Of a DNA stretch of 64,000 bases, positions 35,601-49,324 are shown in pieces. The DNA is from Lingula anatina. Lineage: Eukaryota; Animalia; Brachiopoda. Position numbers and translations under genes: made by a program. Numbering within the stretch: position 1 is the first letter of the stretch; each line of letters begins with the position of its first letter. The notes beneath the pieces are model-generated. The model did not search any database and was not told the DNA's origin. It saw only the letters and a program-made list of their open reading frames with translations. Where the stretch lies: positions 8,184,001 to 8,248,000 of the forward strand of contig CM120646.1 of assembly GCA_051362555.1 (NCBI GenBank). Direction: 5' to 3'.

Positions 35601-38600
35601 CACTAAATATTTCCGTGAGCAATTATGGTACTCCAGTGAAGTGATGCAGAAGGTAAAATTCAATCACTGACGATAAAATTCTGCACTGTTTTAAATCCTA
35701 AAGCCATCACAAACAACTACTTAACTCTGGCATATTTCTATAAACTTATTCTATTAAAATCAATGATAAATATTAAATGCAAGTCCTTCAGATTTTATTA
35801 ATCCTAACGAAATCATCTATGTGTAACATTCATTATGCTGAGATCATGCTTAGCATTTTGCCAAGTATGATCTCAGCATGATGAATGTTCCACATTTTGT
35901 TTTGATGACTGTGATAATACAGTGGGCCATTTCAATATTTTAGACTGTATAACACAAAACTGATTACTCACCAGAAAATATCCTTCTGGATTGATTGTTG
36001 ATGTTTCTGTACATGTTTTCATAAACTTTTGGCACCTTAACAAAATAAAATTGAGGAAAATTAATAGACTGCACATAACTCATCAGTTTATAACTCCAAT
36101 AACTGTTTATATCATTCATGGACTGGGTTTTCTTTCGCATCAGCTGAATTAAACATAAATATTGCCAAACTCAAAACTCTGTGTAACTCACACAAATTTT
36201 CTGATTTCAAATTTATTTCAAATCATGCAAATTCTACTGAAACTTCTTTTCATCAAAGTCAACAAAATGATAATTATGATGTCCCTAAACTTCTTTAATC
36301 AAAGTACTTTGTCTGAAAATTTGATCAGCTATTTAGAAATAAACTCAAGAAGAAGTGTGCCATTAGAATGTTCCTACCTGTAGAGGAGAATGTGTGGACT
36401 GGAATGCCATGTACAGAAACAGAGGGTGGGACTGATTGTGCTTTGTGATCACCTCAGTAACTCTTTTACTATAGGAATACTGAAATAGAAACATGGCTGA
36501 TAAATAACTTTCACACTCTTTATTTTGTTAAATAATCACATGGATAACCATATTTCGAGGCCTTTGTATCTTTTACAGTGATAAGTGGTATTTATAGGTA
36601 CACACATAACTATACTTATGATTAAAAAAACAGAAAATCTTGAACCAAGCATCAAGAACCAATGGTCCAATGTTGTCTTATAATTATATAATAACATAAA
36701 ATATATAATTCTTTGAGAATGCAACTTGTAAAATCTTGAATGTATACTAACAGTTGAATAAATTCCTTGTTGGTCCCATACTGCATCTCTGTCGTCTCTG
36801 AAATCTAAGCCATGGACATGTCCTTCACGGCCTGGAAAGTAACCAGGAATATAAACTGACATGTACATGTATACATACAGTGTACCTTCTCCTTTGATAA
36901 CAGGAATGAGGGATGGAGGAGGCGGGAGGGAGAAGAGAGCTTTCTCTTTCTGTTATGAGTAACCACCAAGGTTCCTTAATCCTTTCACATGCAGCAATGT
37001 AGGTCACATTGTGGGGGATAACACTTTGTATTTATAAAAAGAAAATAAACAAATTTAATAATCTTAAGGGGTCTAGGATATTAAAAATACGTCTAAAACT
37101 CGATTTTTAGTTTTTTATACGTTAGAAATAATCAATTTTGTATCTAATACTCAATTAAGTTATATTTGTGAAACACGGACTAAAAATTTACATTTGGACG
37201 AGTTTTTCTACCTGTCCTGACTGGTACGGGTGGCAGGCTTTAGGCTCCGCCTCCGTTGTCAAGCACCGTTACTATGGGGGGCGGGGCAAGAATGGTTGTC
37301 TAACTTCTTAAGCTGTTACGCGTGCCCTGGCAGCTCATAAGTCTTACGTCAGCTAAGCAGAACACAGTAGTCATGGGAAGAAAGAAAGTCGTGAGAAAAC
37401 GGATGAGCGAGGAAAGCAAGAGAATTTTGAAAGAGAGTGTACGATATATTAAATTTTCTACTATAGCGTCTAAATCACGTCTAGGTAAAGACTCGAGATC
37501 ACACTTGAACTGCTGAGTATTCGTACAACGTCTGGGGTTGTCAGAAAAAAATCGTTAGGCAATCATTTTATGCACAATAAAGATTGTAATAGCAAGCAAG
37601 TTTTTAAGTAATATTGCCACCCAAAACATTTTCAAATTCGCATATTACGATCTTGGCACTCTGTGGCATCATGGCATATGCGTACCCACATTCGGCCATT
37701 TCTCGGAGTAAATCTTGCTTTGCTTTCTCAATTTTCGTGTCTTGGTGTGTAGAGCGGCGTCCACGCACGACGGGTGGCAAATTTCCTCTGCTGGCACACC
37801 AAGTAATCCTCTTTTTGTTTGTAAGCGCTTCCTTAGACACTTCCTAGACAGTGCACAGACTCCTACTGCGTCAGGCACAATTATGATTAATTACGTCAGT
37901 GAAACGAGAGAAGGTAGACCTACTCAGCTGTCAATCATTTCTCAGGGAAGAGCGGCTTTCGTGGTACGAATAAGTTTGCGTACAAAAGTAAGATTTTCTG
38001 GCATCTAGATAGAAACAAACAACCCAATTTTAACACGTAATGGTGTATAGACCTTCCCGATCAACAAGATGATAACAGGTAAGGTGGAGGTGCAATTATT
38101 TTGCTTAAATAGCCCAATTACCTGAGCAAAATGGTTTAGGAGCGATTTCTCAGCTTTGAAGATTGATAAAATAGTCTAAACTTCAATACCCATATCTCAT
38201 TCTGTAACTGTCAGATTGACATGAAATTTGATGTGTCTCTGTTTCAGTATAATATCTAGTCGACTGAGTCTTGGTTTTTGGATTGACCTTTTATTTTTGA
38301 AGTTATTAATACTGAAATTGGAAGGTCCATATATATTTCGTAAAATTCAAGTTTTATCAAAATAAAATCAAAAGCAAAAATAAAAAGAGAAAATCCTGAC
38401 AGAGATCACTGGAGTTTGTGCTAACTTTTAGATAGCTATTTCAATCGTATTAATAGGGCTTTTTGTTTAAGAGAAATTCTTGATTAAAAAAAAGACAATT
38501 TTAGCCTCAAAACGCTGATATTACGTCACTCGTGTTACACTGTGACTACAAACTTTGAAAAATTGTTTGGCTTGCTAGACCTTATCTTTAAGTTAATAGG

Positions 38601-41600
38601 ATATTTCATTAGCTGCATTAGTTTTGGAGTTTTTCGTTAATATCCAAGATCCCTTAATTTAACAAGGCAGCAAAGCTGTCAAATGTACAGACAAAAAGCA
38701 GGAAATAACAAAAAAAGGCTACTGTCAATTCTGATGCAAAAGTACATTATGTTAAACTGCAAATTCAACATCAAATTTTAATTATGCTCAACAGGTAAAA
38801 TACATCTGTGTCTGTACATAAAAACGGCATTTCTTTAAAATAATGGCCCGATTATGCTGATTTTTGAACTCAACCTGCGATTTAGCAGGAATGACCACTC
38901 CTGTGAGTTTAATGACAATTGGCCTATCTGTTTTTCTTATATTGTGTTTACAGTGTTGCATATATGCTGAAAAGTGAAAAAAAAAGCATAACTACTAAAA
39001 TAGTGGCCCGATAATGCCGATTTTTGAACTTGACCTGCGTTTTAGTAAGATCAATTACTCTGCATTTTAGTCCTGTATTTCTTTTTTGAAAGTTTGACAA
39101 TCATAAGTAACATGGTTTTCCCATAATGGTCATCTTAGCAGCAGCACCCAAAATTGTGTTTTCTTCTATTCTGATGCAATATTACATAATGGTTAACAGC
39201 AAAATGACCGTTAATTTTTAATAATTAAATACACATATCATGGATTTTCAGAAAATGTTACTAGCATGGGTCTTCAAGCCCGTGGAACATGCCGATTTTC
39301 GAACTTGACCTGTGTTATAGTAAGATCAATTACTCCTGTGATTTTCATGACAACAGGCCTATCGGTTTTCCTTAAAATGTGTTTACAGTGTTGCATATAT
39401 GCTGAAAAGTGAAAAAACAGCATAACTTCTACAATAATGGCCCGATCATGCTGATTTTTTAACTTGACCTGCGTTTTATGAATATTCATCAGCTCTGTAA
39501 ATATACAGCCAAAAAGTAAAACTGCCTTCCACTTATCATGTTTACAATGAAAGTGCACGGCATCGGCACCGGCGACAACGGCGACGACAGACGCAGGTGA
39601 TGGCAATATGTACAGACACATCTGTACATATTTACTGTACTGTTTGAGAACAGTAAGTGACATGGTTTTTCTTAAATGGTCATCATGGGAGCAGTGCCCA
39701 AAATAGGTTTTTATCAAATTTTGATGCAATATTACATAATGTTTAACAGCATAATGACCATCAATTTTTAATAATAAAATATTAGTATCATGGATATTCA
39801 GAAAATGTGACTAGCAAAGGTCTTCAGGCCCATGGAACTTCCAAGTCACAACTTGAAAATGCCAAAATGTAAACAAGACAGCACTGTTCTGAAATGTTTT
39901 TTTTCCATTTTTAACACTTTTTTTAACATAAAACAAAATTAACAGGTTACTGCCATTTTTATACGATCAACTAAGAAAATTGATGAGATGGGAAAAATAT
40001 CAATACAACAGTGTTAAATGTCCAATTTCCTCCATTCTGAGATTCTGAACATAGTGAATGATTGAATCTGACAAACTGCAATGATATGAGTTTATTTCCA
40101 TTTTTGAAACTTTATTACACAATACACGCTAAAAAGTTTACCATCATTTTTACATAATCAACTAACAATGTTGTAAAGATGCAGGAAATGTCAAACAAAC
40201 ACTTTTACGTATCTTATTAGTTCAATAATGAGACTGTTAACATGCCTAAGAGTTGAATCTGAGGAAATTTGAAAAAACAGCATAACTTCTAAAATAATGG
40301 CCCGATTATGCTGATTTTCGAACTCAACCTGTGTTTTAGTAAGATTGACCACTCCTGTGAGTTAAATGACAATTGGCCTATCTGTTTTTCTTATATTGTG
40401 TTTACAGTGTTGCATATATGCTGAAAAATGAAAAAACAGCATAACAACTAAAATAGTGGCCCGATCATGCCTATTTTCGATCTTGACCTGCGTTTTAGTA
40501 AGATTGATTACTCCTGTGAGTTTCATGACAACAGGCCTAACGGTTTTCCTTAAAATGTGTTTACAGGGTTGCATATATGCTGAAAAGTGAAAAAACAGCA
40601 TAACTTCTACAATAATGGCCTGATCATGCTGGTTTTCGAACTTGACCTGCGTTTTATGAATATTCATCAGCTTTGTAAATATTAAGCCAAAAAGTAAAAC
40701 TGCCCTCCACTTATTGTGTTTACAAGGAAAGTGCACGGCGCCGGCATCGGCATCGGCGACGGCGACGGCGACGACAGACGCAGGTGATGGCAATATGTAC
40801 AGACACATCTGTGTCTGTACATAATAAAACATAAAAACCTAAAATCATAAATACAAATCAAGGTAAATGATTAAGTTGGTTCTCAGTTTGGTAAATATAT
40901 AACTTGCAATTGAAAGTCTCAGAAAAGTTCAGAGCATATTACCTTGAACATGAGTGAAATAATCCTCTGCTCCACTGTAGTAACCGTAGAAATGGTCAAA
41001 CCCCCTGGATGTAGGAGTATAGCTCCAGTTACAAAAACCAAGATGCCACCTAGACAAATGAAACATGAAAGACAATTTCAGCTTTAAAAAATTTTGAGTG
41101 CGACCTTCAAACAATTATATCATACAACATTTTTAACTGTCATTATAACACCTTGGCATTTGACAACATTAATTCATTCCATTTCTTCTGGAAAAGCATG
41201 CCACCAAAAATAAAAATTGAATGGTAAAGCAAGCACACCTGCACTGTCTACTTTTAAATATATGTATGATGTAAAATGAATTAATCTTACAATCAAAATT
41301 AAACAAGTGGCAAAGCAGTATATAATTCTCCATTCATCATGCTACAAAATGGCAGTCCCACTGTCACAATATGCTCAGCACTCGCAGCTTAGACCCTATT
41401 CCCATACCTAAATTGACCTAGCAGTATTTAGCCATCTCTGAGGGGTTTCTTGGTAAATTGGATTCAGCTTAAGTGCCTTAGATGTCTGGCATGCCTACTG
41501 AAGCTGCTAAACAATAGGTTATTACCCCTAAACAGCTTCAGTAGGCATCAGAGCTGTTAAAGCTGTATGTAATTTAGCAAGAAACCCCTCGAGATGGGTC

Positions 41601-43354
41601 CATCCTGCTTGATCGATCTAGGTACGGAAACAGGGTCAAAGACCACCCATGACACATTCAATCTTTTGACAGCTAAAAAAATTTCAAAATCCTTAAAAGG
41701 AGCTAGAACTACTAGTAATTAAAACAAGATACACCCTGTACAAAAACTGCTGTTGCATTGGCTATTTGGGTTAACAATGAAACAGAAACAGTAGCCAGCA
41801 AATGAACAAACTTACGGCATTTTTATGGCCTGGCCTCATCTTTACTGGCCGTGGAGCCAGGTTTAATGTCTGAGACTCAGGCTTAGAGAATGTTCACAAT
41901 TAATTTTGTTGAACTAGCTGATGCCCACTAATTCTATGCGGACCCAATGAAGAAAATCCGTTTAACTGACTAATATGCCTCCTCCTGGCATATACATGTT
42001 GAATATAGAAAAGATTGTGATGGTATGAGTGCATTGGAAACAAATGGTGTGTTAATCAGTAAATCTGATTGGATTCAGTGAGAATCCCTGTAGCATTAGT
42101 GTCCATTAGCTAGGTCGCCAATATTCATTGTATACAGTCCCTTACTTTCCAATCATACTTGTCCTGTATCCCAGTGCCTGCAGGTGCTGTGGCAGTGTGG
42201 TTCTGTTCAGAGGAAGACCATAGGGCTGTGTATCATGTATCACACCATGCTGGAAAAGAAAGAATTTCTTCAAGTTATTAGTTCAAGCTTTAAAATGATT
42301 GCTCTTTTATGTGGTAGGATATATGTATCCTTCAAGCTGTCTGATATTCCTAGGTTAGATAAAGAAAAAAATTCAGGTAAATGTCTTTTAAATTAATTCT
42401 TAATGTCTTTCTTAACTGTCATTTTATTTCAAAGGAAAGCTTATCCATGTTACACTTTTTTTAGGTAGTATGTACTAATAAATGTGAAAATGCACGTAAT
42501 TCTTTCAAAGTGGTAAAAGTGATAAAATTACTGCCTCTATTCAAAAAATCCCATTCTTATGCAAATTGGCCAGGGTCCGCTTGGGCCAAACCAAGGAAAA
42601 AATGTGGTACAAAATCAGAGATTTTTAAAAATATTTCTGAGCTTTTCATTTAACAGATTGATGGTTGGCAAGTAATAGTACTAAAAATTCACTGAGGATC
42701 CCTAGAAAGTGTAAGTTTAAAGGAAAACACCTGCAGCTTATATGCATGTTATGTATACAGGTCATCTTATTACTACCTGAAGTCCATTGTGAAATGGGTA
42801 ATATCCAGTTAGAAATGCACTTCTTGATCTGAAAATGTTCAAACAAACTTTCTTAATTATGCTCTAACCATTACAAACATTTCGTCAACTTATGCAGGGT
42901 ATATAATTTAGCAATACCTAGCTAACAGACACACATATAATTATACACATGTAAACACACAGATATCAGTCACAGGACATCATATTCAAACCAATATACC
43001 AATGGTTATCAAAGCTACCGTAAAGCAGTGAAGATATTACTACTAGCAGTACATACGGACTACACCATGGCTGCACATAAGACTGGTTGAGAACCACTCC
43101 ATTATTTGCCAAGCGATTAATGTTTGGGGTTTTTACAGCTGGGTTTCGGAAACCAACATCATTCCAACCTGCAAAAATGAAATAGTGAATATGCTTGAGA
43201 GATGCCAGTGCTGAAGGTTTATATTGGCAGGTTCACACCTGCTGAGGGATTAACACCAATAAATAGAAATAATCTGAAATGGCTAATTAGTTTTTTTATT
43301 TTTATGATTTATTTATCTATTTATTTATTATTATTCTTTATATATTTATTTTAA

Positions 43355-43393
<39 letters not shown>

Positions 43394-43451
43394 GTTATTT
43401 TATTTATTTATTTATTTATTTATTTATTTTAATTAATTAATTAATTAATTA

Positions 43452-43499
<48 letters not shown>

Positions 43500-44447
43500 T
43501 GTGCAAGAAAACTGGGCACATAGACTCGCCCTTCAAGAAATCGACGCCTTCAAGAAATCGACGAAAACCGGAAGTGCGTGTTTTTTGCACTGTTTTTCCT
43601 GTCATGTTCATCGTAAACACAGTGTTGTCAAGTGAAATGAAGCGTCTGATACAAAGTACCAAACGCGGCATTCACGTGCTTGCTTGCGATGCGTTCAGTA
43701 CACTTTGTTTACACTGACAAGTCGAGGTCAGAAATGCACAATGTTTTTCTATGTAATTACGTAGTTTCAGTTTTGATTAGTGAATTTTCTTTTATCAGCA
43801 TGGTCATTTTCCGAACATTTGTATAAGCCACGAAATATTTCTCATCGGAAAATCACCCAGCAGCTTTCCAAGTACAAGCGAGTGACGTCATGACGCACTT
43901 CCGGTTTTCGTCGAGATCTTGAAGGGATTAGCGTTACGGTTTGCTGCACATTTAAAGTGTTCTGTCTCAAAATGTACTTAACTGCTTGGATTGAAATTTA
44001 CGGAACTTATTCTTCACATGATATCACACCTATGTGCCTAATTTGAGAGCTTTAGCTGTTATATGTTTTCTACAGTGCCCATTCAAATTTGAAAAAGAGC
44101 TATTTTCCGTCGATTTCTTGAAGGGCAAGTCTACATTGTAAATCATAGTTAACACACACTAGTATTAGGGAATGAATTTAGAAAAACCCTAAACCACAGA
44201 CTTCATTAACTAGTTTTGGAAAGATAACACACGCAAATAATGCATGTAAGAAAACGAAAATATGAGAGCTAATGCTAAGACTTTCGTGCTAGGTGGGAAG
44301 AATCTAAATTTTGTTTTGAACGTCGTTTTATAATAATATAGGGAACTTACCAAGATCGTCCGCGACTATAAAAACTATGTGTGGACTCTGACTGGCATAA
44401 ACACCTAACTGTAAAATAGTTAAAATGTATAGCTGAAAACAATACAT
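32669..44447 (-). CDS. Arylsulfatase B/I/J-like sulfatase, 14 coding exons
   Basis: Exons 44447-44351, 43168-43057, 42828-42777, 42249-42146, 41049-40943, 36831-36752, 36479-36378, 36035-35972, 35527-35430, 35058-34922, 34373-34306, 34019-33908, 33449-33247 and 32841-32669 join in frame. Signal peptide, PHIVFIVADDLGWND, formylglycine motif CSPSR (split by intron 2), GKWHLG, TTDNGG, NNWPLRGAK.WEGG, C-terminal GVWSPGWC. Confidence 0.93.
32896..33085. repeat. Hairpin/inverted-repeat element in the last arylsulfatase intron
   Basis: AATCAACAGCTAAATATTGAAAT ... ATTTCAATATTTAGCTGTTGATT. Confidence 0.7.
37068..38653. mobile_element. Non-autonomous Kolobok-like DNA transposon
   Basis: TTAA TSDs. 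Imperfect TIRs GGGGTCTAGGATATTAA / TTAATATCCAAGATCCC with purine-start termini (not the CCC start of piggyBac). CpG-richer interior with convergent ORF stubs. Confidence 0.75.
38661..40824 (-). mobile_element. HINE-type element with internal tandem repeats (about 123 bp) and internal duplications, in arylsulfatase intron 5
   Basis: Hairpin ATGTACAGACAC-ATCT-GTGTCTGTACAT at about 40795-40822, (GGCGAC)n microsatellite, matching subTIR ATGTACAGACA at about 38683 next to a GCAGC-AAA-GCTG hairpin and a CTTGTT end. Repeated blocks at 38.84-39.06, 39.29-39.63 and 40.27-40.82 kb. Confidence 0.72.
43295..43502. repeat. Compound low-complexity tract: (ATT)n, (TTTA)n, (TTAA)n, poly-T, (GT)n
   Basis: Directly visible in the sequence. 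Confidence 0.9.
43521..44133. mobile_element. MITE with 26-bp TIRs in arylsulfatase intron 1
   Basis: TAGACTCGCCCTTCAAGAAATCGACG / CGTCGATTTCTTGAAGGGCAAGTCTA, plus an internal inverted pair AAACCGGAAGTGCGT / ACGCACTTCCGGTTT. Confidence 0.78.
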
Positions 44448-45355
44448 CCCGCACTAACTTAGCCCACCGAATACACATTCATATTTCCTCTACCGTCCTG
44501 AAACGGAGGCACCGTTTCAAATCTCTAAATATTGAAGACCAAGATAGGGTGTATTATAAGTCTATAAACTATAGTCTGTAAACTAGCGATAGATGAAGTT
44601 TGAAATGTTGATTTACAAATGAAAAGTATATTGTACGTGTGTAAAAATTCTGCAAAGCTTCTGTTTCCAATTCACACCCTTTAAAACGACAAAACACCTT
44701 GAATAAAAATGATGACAGGAGACAGGCAAATGTTTTACATAATGATGAAAACACGACAAAACTGCATTCTTATTGCAAGTAATTGTCATGTTTGAAAGTC
44801 TATGGATTATGTCTACGAACGATTTCGATTATGTCAGACACACTAAGATAGAAAGAAAGATGATATAAAATAGGCCTATGAGGATTTTTGTTTGTAGGCC
44901 CTATTTCAATTATCTGTGGAAGTAGGCTAATACAATTAAATTGTCATGTATCACTACCCTCTGATGTCAGGGGCCACTAAAATATTATACAAAAACACTG
45001 TGAGCCTTTTAACATTTTTATCACTACTGCTAGGGAACCCTGTGGTCAGAGAGTAATGTTCCACCACGTACGGTGCTTTGACACACGCTTGCAGCTTCCT
45101 TGTTGCCCGGCCCCTCCCCCAAGCATGTCCCATTAGCCTACCCTCTACCAGGGCGACAGATTCATTTTCCACAGATATTCACAGATATGTCTCTAGATAA
45201 ATAGACAGTCATTTTGGTCTGATGTCGATTTAGCCAAAAATGTCCACAATAATAACTGCGGCTCTGGTAGAGGGTAATGTCCCCTACTCTTGGTCGTAAG
45301 AAACGGTAGGCCTAGGCCTATGGATTTCACATCTAAGCTGCTGAGATTTTAAATC

Positions 45356-45529
45356 GGGGGCGTCTCGATAGTCCGAAGGTTCATTGGTCCGAAGGTTCAT
45401 TGGTCCGAAAAGTGGTAACATTTTTATCTATTTTTTAATCAAGGGTTCATTGGTCCGAAGGTTCTATAGTGAACATTCGGACCAATGAACCTTCGGACTA
45501 TTGAACCTTCGGACTATCGCTACGGCCCC
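45356..45529. mobile_element. Short foldback-type MITE with 16-bp subterminal repeats
   Basis: GGGG...CCCC ends, with AAGGTTCATTGGTCCG repeats on the left and their reverse complement on the right. Confidence 0.7.
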
Positions 45530-45666
45530 ATATATATCACGTGTGTGAGCACTGGTCAGCGCTCGAACGCTATATAAAGCTGACCGAGGCAGAGGGTGTG
45601 GTCAGAAATCGCCAGAGACACCCGCTTTCACCATCTAGTGTTGCTGAGACGCCGACGACTGAAGAG

Positions 45667-48646
45667 ATGAAGGTTATCTTACTTCTGGTATGTTTAAAAC
45701 TAGTGCAGGGTTTCTTTCAGTCACATTTTTAACACGATACTCATTCAACTCAAAGAAATAAGATATATGTATATCTAAGTTTTCGTTTCTTATGTCAGCA
45801 CGCTGTGTAAGCAGAGCAGCTGTTGCATGTTGTCAGGTAGGCGTTCGGTGCGTCAGCTGCGTGCATTAAGGCATATACAGAAACTTTCAGTAAGGTTTCA
45901 CCCGGTCGGATACAAAAATGTCGAATGGCCCGATATTTATCAATCGTGGCTAAGCAAAGAAGTGAGCAATCGGCCACATGTTCAGCATGACCATGTCCTT
46001 CTGAACATTCAGATGGAAATATCGGATAATTTTTCCTTGGGGGAGGGGGTATTTTTAAGTCTTGACAGGGAAAGATAAGTTGCGGGATACAGTGTATGTA
46101 GATATAGAAATAAAGACTTAAGTTATTTCAAAACACTGATATTATACCTTTATACCTTAATTTATACCTTATGTAAAAGTTGAATATTTTGCTTAATCTT
46201 CTGACTCCTTGCTATTATTTTCAGTCAATTGTTTTGAGTACTGGTTTAGCAAAGAAGGCTCACAAACGGTTAGGAGGCGACAAATACGACGCTGTTGCTC
46301 CATATGTCGAGGTATGTGTTTGTGTATTTTTCAGTTAAATTAGAGGAATACATGTACTAGCTGCTGTATAATAATGACGGTTCCTGCACATAGTAACCCA
46401 CATGATCCCTATCCTGGCCCTTCTTTTCGCAGGTAGGCTACCCCTTCTAAACCTATCCCTTATAAATAGTGCATGTAGGCCTACATATAACAAACGAAAC
46501 GAGACACAGCCAAGCGACTTTTCTATTCTCGAGCCCCATAAGTTACTGTGAAGTCGTCATTATCTCCTTTTGGCTTGGCATAAAAATATTTGTGCACCCG
46601 CCCCCCCCCCCCCGCCCCCCCCCCCCCCCCCGCCCCCCTTGACGAATTGCTTGACCTGCCCGTGTTGAGGTATATTGTAGTAGAGTAGTCGGGGCACGGG
46701 CCGTGTTTCAGACGACATGCTAACAGGAAAAAAAAAATTGGGAAATGTTTTTAATTCGACGGGACACGCATCTGGTATTTAACGTATATGCTTTAATCTT
46801 ATTCACTCCAGAAGCAAAACAATTCCTGATCAAACATATATGGTTCTTTTACAAAGGTCCTGACTATCAGGTTTATTTTTTACTTACTCGACTGAAGAGT
46901 TGTAAACTTTTTATTCAGTAGCAATATACAAACTTAGTTTTTGGCTTATGAATCACACACAAAAACACACACGCGCGCGCGCACACACATTTACATATAC
47001 TTGGTCTCTCGTTCTCTCTCAGTAAAAAAGGTTGTACAATTACAGTAATGCATAAACGGGTAGAAAGTAGAGATTGACAATTCATGTTGTTAACCTTACA
47101 ATTGAAATTCTAAGAGGTATATCATAAGCTTGTTGCTTGTCAATTAATTTGTAATATGCGATCAATATTTTCTCATTTTCTTTTAACATGTTTTTTTTGT
47201 CGGTATACATATATAAAAAATATAAACAAATATTTCTGTAATAATTAATATATTGTCTTGTTCCTTCCCATGTTGGGATTTGTTTTCGTTCTACATAAAC
47301 TAATATATTTCTTAATTATTAAGATCAGTAGATAAAAACCTTTTAAGTCATATGATTGCACAAGCCCGAGTATAAAAATCTCGGGAGATCTGTCAATTGC
47401 AGTACCTAAATTATCTTTTACGGAACAAATGACACACGTTCAAACATTCTGTACATGAGGGCAATCCCAGAAAACGTGAAGAATAGTTTCCCTGGCAGCA
47501 TTGCAAAATTCACACTGTTCTGATTCTTATTAAAAAATTTTCATAAGATAAACATTTGTACTTAATATTCTGTGCAATCATTTCTTTCTTTGCGGAAATT
47601 CCGTTCAGAACTGTTCACTGAGTGATCAAGGCCTCGTATGAATTAAATTATGATTATTCATATTTCAGCACGACAGATATACTGAAGGTAAATATTTTCT
47701 TTTTCCATTTACACTCCCTGCTCTCACTTTATTGCTAACTTCCTACTGTGGATTGATGGTCTCTTCTTTTATTTCTCTTAGATCTCTGTCGACATTATAA
47801 CGGTCACACTGTCACGTTCAGAGTATTGATTAAATAAAACCAATAAATTGTTTATTTAAAAGTATAAAAGTATGAGGTAGTCAAACTCTCTTAAAATTGC
47901 TGCATTTATTAAAAGCTGAACTAGAACGGATGGCTTCAAGTTTGACCTTGTTGTAATTATTTCTATTTATCTTTCTGTTCATCTTACTTGACTAATCTTT
48001 CCTAAATGGTATATATGCATTCCGGTAAATATAAAATTGCATGAAGTTTCATTGTATTTAGTTATAGGCCTTTTGTTATTAAAACCATAGTTGATCCGCG
48101 GACTAACAGATCCGAGGACCAAATATGGCCGACCCACTTGAAAGCTTGTTGCCCAATCCCCCAACAGACACTGAATAAGTTATTAGGGGGTAAGCTATCA
48201 AATGGGTCGGCCATATTTGATCCGCGGATCAACTTTAGGTTGTATATGCGGCATTGGTATTTCTACGTGAATAATATCGCCTTTTATTATCTGTGTATAT
48301 ATATATAGACTCGTCATATAATCCACAGTGCAAAACGAACACGATTTAAAAATTTTAATCAAGATTCATTTTTATGTCCTTTCTACAGGCTTGGATCGCC
48401 GTGTATTGGCCGCCTTGCCTGCTTTGGTTATTAGCTCGTATGCTAAATTGAAAGCGGAATGTGCTGCCGGTGTCGCTCTCAACAAGGGAATCGGACTTTT
48501 GTGCGCATGTAATTTGGTAAGTACGAAAGTAATCTCGACTTAAACTTGATTTATCTTTGGCAAATTTACATCGTGATAACAATGGCGAAGAAGAATTAAT
48601 GATTCATTGCATGTTATTAAAACAATATGGAGTGTGAAAGAAATTA

Positions 48647-48716
<70 letters not shown>

Positions 48717-49324
48717 AATGGCGTAGTTTCGTTCAAGTATTGTATAAGTCTTTTATCTAACAATAACAATGTACAGGAAAAGAAAAAAATGATCATCAAT
48801 ATACCAGTATGTCCGAACCAAAACTGTTGAGAAAAATCACTGTCTACTACTTGGCACCTCATCATGTATACAAAAAGTATTTGGCTCTCTAATCCATTCT
48901 TCATTCATTTCATGCTTCACAACTGTAAAACTAAATACATGTTTAAGAAAACAGATGGCATATTTTATGAAACTTTATCGAAAGAATTTACAGGTACACA
49001 ATAAACGCAGCAAGACAGTATTTACTGCAGCAACACCGCAGTAGCAAATAGAAATGAAGTACTGTCCCTTCACCTATCGTTCTAAAAAAGTAAATTTACC
49101 TTTTTAACCCTCACCAGGTATGTGAAAGTGGCACTTGTACCGGATTCCGCTGCGGTTCATGCTCTGTCAATTCGTGTGCATCAGGCCAGTATTGTGCATA
49201 TGTACCCTTGCTAAAAAGTTCTCGATGTCAGACGAAGAAGGAATGTCAAGAAGGGTGTATCAGGAGCCGTGAGTGTGCCAGCAAACGCTGCAGATTCTTC
49301 CGGTGCAGATGTGATGAAAGCTAA
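45667..49324 (+). CDS. Secreted 16-Cys prepropeptide, copy A (about 153 aa; antimicrobial/toxin-like)
   Basis: TATATAAAG at 45571. Exons: 45667-45687 (MKVILLL), 46225-46311 (SIVLSTGLAKKAHKRLGGDKYDAVAPYVE), 47669-47687 (HDRYTE), optional 47782-47802, 48389-48516 (GLDRRVLAALPALVISSYAKLKAECAAGVALNKGIGLLCACNL), 49118-49324 (VCESGTCTGFRCGSCSVNSCASGQYCAYVPLLKSSRCQTKKECQEGCIRSRECASKRCRFFRCRCDES*). AATAAA at about 49479. Confidence 0.85.
48649..48713. repeat. (TA)n microsatellite
   Basis: Pure TA run in the last intron of Cys-rich gene A. Confidence 0.95.

Noticed and set aside
39274-40832. Two similar 151- and 156-aa ORFs
   Set aside because: They are translations of HINE tandem repeats and microsatellite with no protein motifs.
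1513-44447. A functional conjugation/deconjugation cluster of UGTs plus sulfatase
   Set aside because: The genes are separated by unrelated genes, ARSB-like enzymes are usually lysosomal glycosaminoglycan sulfatases, and the sequence shows no evidence of co-regulation.
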